Below are positions 36,901-44,637 of a stretch of DNA of 64,000 nucleotides, piece after piece. The stretch covers positions 17,223 to 81,222 of the forward strand of contig CAYZIR010000003.1 in NCBI GenBank assembly GCA_964478705.1, written 5' to 3'. The stretch is from an uncultured Candidatus Saccharibacteria bacterium. GTDB lineage: Bacteria; Patescibacteriota; Minisyncoccia; Phycocordibacterales; EsbW-18. Both the position numbers and the translations under genes were made by a program. The notes beneath the pieces are model-generated. The model saw nothing but the letters and a program-made list of their open reading frames with translations, ran no database searches and had not been told where the DNA came from. How positions within the stretch are numbered: the first letter of the stretch is position 1; the number at the start of each line of letters is the position of its first letter.

Positions 36901-37803
36901 ATGAAAAAGAAACAACAAAAAATCATCGCTATTATTGGTCCCACCGCAACGGGTAAAAGCGATCTTGCGGTCACACTTGCGAAGCGCCATTCGGGCGAGG
37001 TGATTTCTGCTGACTCGCGCCAGGTTTATGCAGGCCTCGATATCGGTTCGGGGAAAATCACGAAGCGTGAAATGAAAGGGGTTCCACATCACCTTCTTGA
37101 TGTCGCATCGCCAAAGAAACGATTCTCGGTCAGCGACTACGTGAAGCACGCGACAAAAGCGTTCGCGGATATTGAAGGGCGTAAAAAACTTCCGATTGTC
37201 GCTGGCGGCACCGGACTCTACGTTGATGGATTCTTAAACGGAATCATGTTCCCTGAAGTTCCGCCAAATCCCCTCCTTCGGAAAAAATTAGAAAAAAAGA
37301 CATTGGCGGAGCTCGCGCGGATGCTCAAAGCAAAAGACCCTTCACGATTCAAATCAATTGATACCAAGAACAAAGTGCGTTTGATTCGTGCTCTTGAGAT
37401 TGTTTCTGCACTCGGCAAGGTTCCAAAACAAAAAGCACAACCGCTCGATAGAGATATTCTTTGGATCGGACTCACCGACTCCACCAACACACTTACCCAA
37501 AGAATCAAAAAGCGTCTTCTTGCACGGTTAAAAAAAGGAATGGAGAGGGAAGTCAGAACGCTCAAAAAAAGTGGCGTCTCGTGGAAGCGCCTCGAGGATT
37601 TGGGACTTGAGTATCGCTACGTCGCCCACCGACTCCAGAAAAAAATTACCAAGAGGGAAATGATTGATGCAATTTTGAAGGAGTCTGTCGCCTACTCAAA
37701 ACGTCAGATGACGTGGTTCAAACGAAATCATAAGATTCACTGGTTTAAACCGAACGAAACAAAGAAGATTGAGAAACTCACAAAATCGTTTCTCACTCGT
37801 TAG
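36901..37803 (+). CDS. miaA: tRNA dimethylallyltransferase
   Basis: GPTATGKS, SADSRQVY, GGTGLY, KRQMTWF. Confidence 0.97.
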   Translation: MKKKQQKIIAIIGPTATGKSDLAVTLAKRHSGEVISADSRQVYAGLDIGSGKITKREMKGVPHHLLDVASPKKRFSVSDYVKHATKAFADIEGRKKLPIVAGGTGLYVDGFLNGIMFPEVPPNPLLRKKLEKKTLAELARMLKAKDPSRFKSIDTKNKVRLIRALEIVSALGKVPKQKAQPLDRDILWIGLTDSTNTLTQRIKKRLLARLKKGMEREVRTLKKSGVSWKRLEDLGLEYRYVAHRLQKKITKREMIDAILKESVAYSKRQMTWFKRNHKIHWFKPNETKKIEKLTKSFLTR

Positions 37804-37823
37804 TGTGCTATAAAAGCAACTAC

Positions 37824-37910
37824 GGAAGGGTGCCAGAGTGGTTGAATGGGCGTCCCTGGAAAGGACGTGTGCTAGAAATGGTACCGAGGGTTCGAATCCC
37901 TCCCCTTCCG
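37824..37910 (+). tRNA. tRNA-Ser(GGA)
   Basis: Acceptor GGAAGGG/CCCTTCC, CGTCC-CTGGAAA-GGACG, long variable arm. Confidence 0.95.
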
Positions 37911-37975
37911 CTCGAAGTATTAAGTATCGGAAGACCCAAGCACTTCATTTTATCTTTTGCTCGCCATGAGCTATA

Positions 37976-38218
37976 ATGGTGCAAATGGCAAAGAAGACGC
38001 CTAAAACCATCCTCAAGAAAGTCGTATCGGAACGGACTGTTGCAAAGAACGCGGCCGCATTTCGCGTATACGACACGTACAAAAAAGCGGCAGACGTCAT
38101 TGATCGCGCAGAACTTGCATCAGGGAAACGACTCACGTTCAGATCAGACGCTGGTTCCACTCTTAATTTTGAAGTAAACCGAAATGGAGCCTACTCAACC
38201 ACCGCGCAAAATATTTAA
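37976..38218 (+). CDS. hypothetical small basic protein
   Basis: ORF following TATAAT and overlapping the next gene. Confidence 0.55.
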   Translation: MVQMAKKTPKTILKKVVSERTVAKNAAAFRVYDTYKKAADVIDRAELASGKRLTFRSDAGSTLNFEVNRNGAYSTTAQNI

Positions 38219-39188
38219 GACGACGCAAGATTGGAACGATTATCTTGGCCCCCTCTTACAAGCCGGTACGCCAATCACAGGCGCCCAGCTTTTCGAACTA
38301 CGAAAAGCTTGTTATTCCGAAATAGAAGTGTTGCGGGGACGCCCTCTTCTCGTTTATGCAACCAAATTCCTTGAGGGCGTTGTACCTGGAACACCTAACC
38401 AGATTGATTTGCCGGACGTGGATGGTTTTACTGACCTTGTTAATTCGATAGATGGTTCAGATTCGGTGGACGTTCTTCTCCATAGCCCAGGGGGGCGTCC
38501 CGATGCAACGGAACGAATCGTAGGAGTTCTCCGTAATAAATTCAAGGAAGTTCATTTCCTTATCCCGCATTCCGCATATTCGGCAGCAACGATGCTTGCG
38601 CTCTCCGGAAATAGCATCGTTCTTCACCCCAGTGCAACACTCGGACCAATCGACCCTCAACTCGGCATTCCTACGAAGGAGGGTATAGTTCGGTTTACAC
38701 CTGCTAAATCGATTTTAAATGGATTCTCGAAAGCAAAGAGTATGATTAAAAAGGAAGGGGCTGAATCCTTGCCCGCATACATACCTCTCATCGAGAAGTA
38801 TTCTCTTGATCTTCTCGAAATGTGTGAGGATTCTGAAAAACTGTCGAAGGATCTTGTATCATCATGGCTCAAAAAATATATGTTTGCCGGAGAGCGTGGT
38901 GCTGCACTTACACGGAAGGTAAAGAAAATCGCAGCGTTCTTTTCTGACTACAACACTCATCGAATACACTCTCGCCCTCTCCCAGCTGATAAGCTGACCG
39001 AGTTCGGTTTGAAAGTGGAATCAGCTGACGGCAATCTTCATGACTTGCTTTGGGAGACACACATACTCTTGAATGGCTTCTTCAATGCAAGCTCGTTCGT
39101 CAAGCTATACGAAAGCACCCATGGCGTTTCCTGGGGCAAGCAAGTTCAAGTAATGATGGCTCCACAACCGCAACCCCCTCAGCAATAA
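38184..39188 (+). CDS. SDH-family ClpP/SppA-fold serine protease
   Basis: LHSPGG, AYSAATMLAL, LGPIDPQ. Confidence 0.9.
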   Translation: MEPTQPPRKIFKTTQDWNDYLGPLLQAGTPITGAQLFELRKACYSEIEVLRGRPLLVYATKFLEGVVPGTPNQIDLPDVDGFTDLVNSIDGSDSVDVLLHSPGGRPDATERIVGVLRNKFKEVHFLIPHSAYSAATMLALSGNSIVLHPSATLGPIDPQLGIPTKEGIVRFTPAKSILNGFSKAKSMIKKEGAESLPAYIPLIEKYSLDLLEMCEDSEKLSKDLVSSWLKKYMFAGERGAALTRKVKKIAAFFSDYNTHRIHSRPLPADKLTEFGLKVESADGNLHDLLWETHILLNGFFNASSFVKLYESTHGVSWGKQVQVMMAPQPQPPQQ

Positions 39189-39343
39189 TTTCTATTATAA
39201 TACCGCGTCCTCCGTGACTCGGAAGTCTCAGCAACTTCCTCACAAGAGGCTCAGAATACCCTTATAAAGCTTCCATCACGGAGTACTTAACTTGAGGGAA
39301 AACAGGGTCACGCACCTTTTCCCTAACAGCTAGCACCTAGAAA

Positions 39344-39748
39344 CTAGGCACTGTGTTTCTTATACCCTCTCCACCCCAAAAACGCGAAAAGGGAATTCGC
39401 AAGGAGAATGACAACACCGACCGCAATGATTTGTGGTCGGCTCATATCGGGAAGAAGTTTTTCATACACGAACCAGAACCCGATCATGCCAGCGACGATA
39501 TCGAGAATCCAGTTTTCAAGTTCCTCCGCGATACCAAAGACCATTTCACCTATTTCCCATCCGGTGAGAATCAGGAGCACAAACGGATACGCATACATCG
39601 GATGCATACCCACCGCTGCGAGCACGCAGGCAGAGACCGCACCAGTCAGTGCATGGACAATCATCCAGAGGTCCCATATTTTCCCTTCCTGAAAACTCCA
39701 CGAAATGAAGGGGACTGGATCGGGTGCTTTAAAATTTATTTTCTTCAT
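39344..39748 (-). CDS. hypothetical membrane protein
   Basis: DLWMIVH, WEIGE, N..LDI motif, four TM. Confidence 0.8.
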   Translation of the reverse strand: MKKINFKAPDPVPFISWSFQEGKIWDLWMIVHALTGAVSACVLAAVGMHPMYAYPFVLLILTGWEIGEMVFGIAEELENWILDIVAGMIGFWFVYEKLLPDMSRPQIIAVGVVILLANSLFAFLGWRGYKKHSA

Positions 39749-39851
39749 ATACTTCCACGGAGCGCCTTGATTCGTTCTTCAACCGGCGGGTGCGTCACCC
39801 CGCTAGTAAAGATTCGCAGGCTCATCTTACTACGGGGCAGGTGAAAAGTTT
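39745..39851 (-). pseudogene. relict duplicate htpX C-terminus interrupted by a 44-nt palindrome
   Basis: Reads KLFMTHPPVEERIKALRGSI* once 39798-39841 is removed. Confidence 0.85.
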
Positions 39852-40732
39852 CATAGACCACGTAATGCTTTTATTCTCTCCTCAACCGGCGGATGTGTCA
39901 TAAACAATTTTGAAAGACCTTTTGTGCCTGGACCGAAAGGGTTTGCGATGAAGAGATGCGCTGTTGCCTGGTGCGCGGATTTAAGTGGTGCACCGTAGGT
40001 TGCAATTTTCTCAAGTGCGGATGCTAGCCCTTCTGGATAGCGTGTGAGAAGCGCGCCAGACGCGTCCGCGAGAAATTCACGCTTTCGTGAGATTGCAAGT
40101 TGAATCAAGGTAGCTGCAATGGGCGAAAGAACTATGAGGACGATGCCGACGATTGCGAGCACACCGCCAGCTTTATTATCTCGGTCTCCCCCGCCAGAAA
40201 ACGACGACCGGAGGAAGAAATCCGCAAGTAAGCTGATGAATCCCACCAACACAACGACGACTGTGGAAAGAAGAATATCCCGATTACCAATGTGTGAGAG
40301 CTCGTGCGCAATCACACCCTCAAGCTCTGTTCGCGTGAGCCGTTCGAGCAGCCCTGTCGTGACAGCAACCGCTGCGTGTTCTTTATCTCGACCCGTTGCA
40401 AACGCGTTCGGTGCAGAATCACGGATGATGTAGAGCTTCGGCATGGGAAGTCCCGCGGTGATTGAGAGATTTTCGGTGACCGTGTAGAGATCAAAGAATT
40501 CTTCGCGTGTTGCAGGGCGGGCCTTTGAAACCGCGAGCGCGATCTTGTCAGAGAACCAGTAGCTCCAGACGTTCATGATGATGCTTATAACAATCGCAAC
40601 CGGAAGTATCCCCGGCGCATCATAGACATAGCTCAAGCTCCAGCCGACAGCAATGACTATGATGAAAAAGAGGGTCATGAGGCCCCAGGTTTTTGCAATA
40701 TTGCTGTCTTGATGGGTGTAGAGGGTGGACAT
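39851..40732 (-). CDS. htpX: zinc metalloprotease HtpX (M48)
   Basis: PNAFATG, AHELSH, SRKREFLAD, THPP. Confidence 0.96.
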   Translation of the reverse strand: MSTLYTHQDSNIAKTWGLMTLFFIIVIAVGWSLSYVYDAPGILPVAIVISIIMNVWSYWFSDKIALAVSKARPATREEFFDLYTVTENLSITAGLPMPKLYIIRDSAPNAFATGRDKEHAAVAVTTGLLERLTRTELEGVIAHELSHIGNRDILLSTVVVVLVGFISLLADFFLRSSFSGGGDRDNKAGGVLAIVGIVLIVLSPIAATLIQLAISRKREFLADASGALLTRYPEGLASALEKIATYGAPLKSAHQATAHLFIANPFGPGTKGLSKLFMTHPPVEERIKALRGL

Positions 40733-40740
40733 GGACTGGG

Positions 40741-40824
40741 TTCAAGGTGCTAGGTGATAGGTTCTAGGTGCTAGGTGATAGAGACTAGGTACTAGCTTAT
40801 AGCTTTTAGGGTGTAGGGTGTAGA
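40741..40824. repeat. degenerate heptamer tandem array (NNNTAGG), 12 units
   Basis: ttcaagg tgctagg tgatagg ttctagg tgctagg tgataga gactagg tactagc ttatagc ttttagg gtgtagg gtgtaga. Confidence 0.9.
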
Positions 40825-40844
40825 AGATTCAAATGCAGTGGGAA

Positions 40845-41024
40845 TTAATGCGAGTCGTTCATGAGGTCATTGATCTGTGCACTCGCTTCTGTTGTATGAA
40901 GTGCAATCTCTTCAAGACCTTGAAACAGCTTCCAGGTAATCGATATCATCATCACAAATGCAAACACTACGAGAAGCCATATCTTGCTGACATTTGTATT
41001 ACCACGAGAGGATATCGTCGGCAT
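40845..41024 (-). CDS. 59-aa membrane protein with prepilin-like N-terminus
   Basis: Manual translation MPTISSRGNTNVSKIWLLVVFAFVMMISITWKLFQ...; below the ORF-track cutoff. Confidence 0.6.
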   Translation of the reverse strand: MPTISSRGNTNVSKIWLLVVFAFVMMISITWKLFQGLEEIALHTTEASAQINDLMNDSH

Positions 41025-41030
41025 AAGAAT

Positions 41031-41444
41031 GAGGGTTTAGCCACTTGGGTATGGCCACTAGGGTTGAAGCGAAGCAATAAGCTTGTTGAGCATCCGCATA
41101 ACTTCGTCAAGAATGCATTCTGCGGATTCTGTGTCTGCCCTACCTATCATACCAATTTCCTTGACTATAGTCAGATGCGTCTCGAGTTCTGCTCCTGAAC
41201 CGAAACTCACCCTTAAAAATTGAATATATTCGGCTCTGTGTTTTCGAGCATATCCTTCTGCAATATTCGCTGGGATAGAAACCACCGCGCGGTGCATTTG
41301 AGAAATTAGTCCGTATTTTTCGTCCTTCGGAAGTAAGGCAGTGAGAATATAGATTTCTTTCACCAAAGCGATACTTCGTTTCCAAACAACGAGGTCACGG
41401 TAGGTTTGCATCCCTATACCCTAACCCCTAGTGGCTAAACCCTC
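41031..41444 (-). mobile_element. inverted-repeat-bounded four-helix-bundle cassette
   Basis: Perfect 15-bp inverted repeats 41031-41045 and 41430-41444. Confidence 0.7.
41058..41411 (-). CDS. four helix bundle protein (23S rRNA intervening-sequence protein / Avd-like)
   Basis: YRDLVVWK, EKYGLISQ, SIPANIAEG, GSGAELET. Confidence 0.93.
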   Translation of the reverse strand: MQTYRDLVVWKRSIALVKEIYILTALLPKDEKYGLISQMHRAVVSIPANIAEGYARKHRAEYIQFLRVSFGSGAELETHLTIVKEIGMIGRADTESAECILDEVMRMLNKLIASLQP

Positions 41445-41445
41445 C

Positions 41446-42003
41446 CTAAAATTGTACTTTCACTGGTTCGCGGGCTTCTGGATTCTCGTCGAGATCGAAG
41501 AAGTCGCGTTTGCCAAAGCCAAACATTCCGGCGATAAGGTTGCTCGGGAATGTTTGAACCGCGGTGTTCAAGTCGCGAACATTGCCGTTGTAGAAGCGAC
41601 GTGCTGCCTGAATTTTGTTTTCGGTGTCAGAAAGTTCGCGCTGAAGTTCGAGGAAGTTTTGGTTTGCTTTCAAGTCTGGATATGCTTCAGCAACCGCAAA
41701 GAGCGATTTCAAAGCACCCGTGAGCATATTTTCTGCTTTTGCATGATCGCCAATCGATTGTGCGCCCATCGCTGCTGCTCGTGCTTTGGTCACATTTTCA
41801 AACGCTTCGCGTTCGTGTGTCGCGTATCCCTTTACAGTCTCAATCAGGTTTGGAATCAAATCGTAGCGACGCTTCATCTGCACATCAATATCTGACCACG
41901 CTTCATCCGAACGAACTCGTAAACGGACGAAACGGTTGTAGAGCACGATGATGCCGACAATGAAAACCGCGAGGATAATGAGAAAGATAAAAAGTGGTGT
42001 CAT
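41446..42003 (-). CDS. lemA: LemA family protein
   Basis: IDVQMKRRYDLIPNL, AYPDLKAN, ARRFYN. Confidence 0.96.
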   Translation of the reverse strand: MTPLFIFLIILAVFIVGIIVLYNRFVRLRVRSDEAWSDIDVQMKRRYDLIPNLIETVKGYATHEREAFENVTKARAAAMGAQSIGDHAKAENMLTGALKSLFAVAEAYPDLKANQNFLELQRELSDTENKIQAARRFYNGNVRDLNTAVQTFPSNLIAGMFGFGKRDFFDLDENPEAREPVKVQF

Positions 42004-42098
42004 GGGATAGGTTCTAGGTGATAGCTTATAGGTTCTAGAAATACAAAGTAAGTATAACAGAAAAAGAAAAGCGCCGACGAATGTCGGCGCACCAGAAA

Positions 42099-42323
42099 CT
42101 AGGCAAGAACAGAAGGCTCCGACTCATCGAAATAGCGAAGCGCCTGCTTTTGCAGATTCGCTTCAGCAAGACCGAGAAGCGAACCATCTCCGAGGTACGA
42201 GTCGTGCAAGAACCCCTGGTAGCGATCTCGGGCAACTACTTTTTCCGCCTGAGGCCTCTCGTTCTCAGAACTGATTTCAGTACCCGATTTTGGTTCCTTT
42301 TCGATCACAAGATCTCCTTTCAA
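42099..42323 (-). CDS. hypothetical protein
   Basis: 74 aa ORF overlapping the stop of the upstream gene; hairpin GCGCCGAC/GTCGGCGC after the stop. Confidence 0.45.
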   Translation of the reverse strand: MKGDLVIEKEPKSGTEISSENERPQAEKVVARDRYQGFLHDSYLGDGSLLGLAEANLQKQALRYFDESEPSVLA

Positions 42324-42841
42324 TCGTCTGACCAGAGGCCCTTAGAGGCGCGCCGGTTTTTACGTTGGTAGAGAGCGTCGGAAAATGTCCGTATGAAGTG
42401 AACGCATTTCCACAAGAGAGCGAAGGGGTAGAAAGTCACACCTAAAATGATCACCAAGACAGCCACCCCACCAAGCGCAAGATCGGAGATACCCGAGAGA
42501 TAGCCAGAGATGACGCCTTCGTCCCCTATCTCGAATTCTTGATCCTCCGAAGAAGTGTCCTGGACCTCGTCTGGGTCTCTCTTGAAAAGAGGTGTGCCTG
42601 CGACAGCAAAACGAGCACTCCGAACTCTTCCGTCTGGGCGACGAACCTGCCACTCGTTGCCTTGAGCAACTTCATGCCGAATAGTCTTGAACGTCTTGAA
42701 GGAGCGCAGTAAGAACTCTTTGACCGACAGCCCCTCCTTTTCAGCAAGTTTCAGGATATCCTCACCAAACTCTTGAGGCACAGAAAACTCCACACGCTTT
42801 CTTTTTCTTTTGGCCTCTTTCTCAAAATCAATCAACATCAC
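42320..42841 (-). CDS. hypothetical protein, ribbon-helix-helix-like N-terminus plus C-terminal TM
   Basis: RVEFSVPQEFGEDILKLAEKEGLSVKEFL; SD GGAGGT. Confidence 0.65.
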   Translation of the reverse strand: MMLIDFEKEAKRKRKRVEFSVPQEFGEDILKLAEKEGLSVKEFLLRSFKTFKTIRHEVAQGNEWQVRRPDGRVRSARFAVAGTPLFKRDPDEVQDTSSEDQEFEIGDEGVISGYLSGISDLALGGVAVLVIILGVTFYPFALLWKCVHFIRTFSDALYQRKNRRASKGLWSDD

Positions 42842-42953
42842 CTACCTCCGAGGAGAAAAATTTGTTTTAGAACACCCGAGAAGACAATACAATTATTAAA
42901 CAAAAAAGCAAGACATCACTGCCCTGCTTTCTGTTTTTTGTTTCCCCTATCCC

Positions 42954-42973
42954 CCTGCCTTCCGGCAGGCAGG
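42954..42973. repeat. 20-nt palindromic repeat (CCTGCC...GGCAGG family) inside a heptamer array
   Basis: CCTGCCTTCCGGCAGGCAGG. Confidence 0.8.
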
Positions 42974-43007
42974 CTAACCCCTATAAGCTAGCACCTAGAA
43001 CCTGCTT

Positions 43008-44633
43008 CTAATATTCTCCCCCGTGCTGATGCGGAGCCGGAGGAGCTTTTTCTTCTGGTTCATCAGCAACAGCAACTTCTGTTGTAATCAGCATCGCTGC
43101 AGCTGAAACCGCATTCTGTACCGCGGTGCGTGTCACTTTGACTGGATCAACGATACCCGCAGTAAGCATGTCTTCAACGATTGTGTCGTTGCCCGCATCG
43201 TATCCAGAATTCTTCCCGCCCGCCTTCACACGGTCAACAATGACGAGACCGTCGTCTTTGCCTGCGTTCTTTGCAATCTGCTGAAGCGGAGCCTCGAGCG
43301 ACTTGATGACGATTGAGTAACCGATACCTTCAGCATCGTTTGGCATTTTTGCATTTCCGAGTTTGCCGGCGACTTTGACCAACGCGCTACCACCACCCGG
43401 AACGATTCCCTCTTCGATCGCAGCTTTTGTCGCGTTGACTGCATCTTCGATCTTGAGCTTGAGGTATTTCATCTCGGTCTCGGTGGCTGCACCAACACGA
43501 ATCACCGCAACACCGCCCGAGAGCTTGCCGATGCGCTCTTGAATCTTTTCTTTATCATATTTTGACTTCGTGATATGAAGCTGTGCTTTGAGCTGCTTCA
43601 CACGTTCATCAATTGCAGCTTTTGCACCCTTGCCACCAACAATCACCGTGCTGTCTTTTGTTGATACAACACGGCGCGCTTTTCCGAGCATATCGATTGT
43701 TGCGGTTTCAAGTTTGAGACCGGTGTCTTCTGAGACAACCGTTGCACCAACGGTAATCGCGATATCAGCAAGCATCTCTTTTTTCTTATCACCAAAACCT
43801 GGAGCTTTGACCGCGAGCACACTGAATCCTCCGCGAAGCTTGTTGAGAACAAATGTTGTGAGTGCTTCACCGTCGACGTCATCAGCAATGATTACAAGCT
43901 CTTTTGTTCCTGACTGTGCCAAGCCTTCCAAAAGCGGCAAAATGTCCTTAACTGCTGAGACTTTCTTTTCAGTGATGAGCACAGAAACATCGCGGTATTC
44001 AGCCTCCATTCGTTCGCTGTTGGTCACCATGTATGCCGAAACATATCCCCTGTCAATCTCAAGACCTTCGACGATTTCGGTATCAACACCAAATGTTTGA
44101 GATTCTTCCACAGTGACAACGCCATCTTTGCCAACTTTTTCGATGGTTTCAGCGATTGTCGTACCCAGTTCTTCTGATTCTGCAGAAATAGTCGCAACCT
44201 GCTTCACCTCTTCTTTGTTCTTCACTGGCTTTGCGATATCACGAAGTGCTGTCACAACATCAGTAGATGCTTTTTCCATGCCGCGACGAACACCCATCGC
44301 GTTCATACCCATGGTGGTGTGGCGCAACCCTTCGTTCACAAGCGCCTGCACAAGGATCGTTGCGGTCGTCGTACCATCACCCGCGATGTCGTTAGTCTTT
44401 CCTGCTACTTCTTTGACGATCGATGCGCCCATGTTCTCGAACTTATCTTTGAGTTCAATCTCTTTGGCGATAGAAACACCGTCGTTCGTTATCATCGGCG
44501 CACCATAACCCTTATCGAGCACAGCATTGCGCCCGCGCGGACCAAGCGTCACTTTGACTGCATTCGCGACCTTATCGATTCCTCGTTGCAAAGCCTCGCG
44601 TGCTTCTCGATCAAATAGAATCTTTTTTGACAT
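43008..44633 (-). CDS. groL: chaperonin GroEL
   Basis: TLGPRGRN, GDGTTT, GIVPGGG, DPVKVTR. Confidence 0.99.
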   Translation of the reverse strand: MSKKILFDREAREALQRGIDKVANAVKVTLGPRGRNAVLDKGYGAPMITNDGVSIAKEIELKDKFENMGASIVKEVAGKTNDIAGDGTTTATILVQALVNEGLRHTTMGMNAMGVRRGMEKASTDVVTALRDIAKPVKNKEEVKQVATISAESEELGTTIAETIEKVGKDGVVTVEESQTFGVDTEIVEGLEIDRGYVSAYMVTNSERMEAEYRDVSVLITEKKVSAVKDILPLLEGLAQSGTKELVIIADDVDGEALTTFVLNKLRGGFSVLAVKAPGFGDKKKEMLADIAITVGATVVSEDTGLKLETATIDMLGKARRVVSTKDSTVIVGGKGAKAAIDERVKQLKAQLHITKSKYDKEKIQERIGKLSGGVAVIRVGAATETEMKYLKLKIEDAVNATKAAIEEGIVPGGGSALVKVAGKLGNAKMPNDAEGIGYSIVIKSLEAPLQQIAKNAGKDDGLVIVDRVKAGGKNSGYDAGNDTIVEDMLTAGIVDPVKVTRTAVQNAVSAAAMLITTEVAVADEPEEKAPPAPHQHGGEY

Positions 44634-44637
44634 AGAT

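Larger units (their letters stand above)
42009..43003. mobile_element. two-gene cargo bounded by 24-bp heptamer-derived inverted repeats
   Basis: 42009-42032 matches the reverse complement of 42980-43003 at 23/24. Confidence 0.6.

Noticed and set aside
40741-40824. CRISPR array
   Set aside because: Units are 7 nt with no spacers, and there are no cas genes in the window.
41058-41411. Diversity-generating retroelement (Avd-like gene)
   Set aside because: No reverse transcriptase or TR/VR pair seen; the htpX duplicate differs at synonymous positions of all base types, not only adenines.
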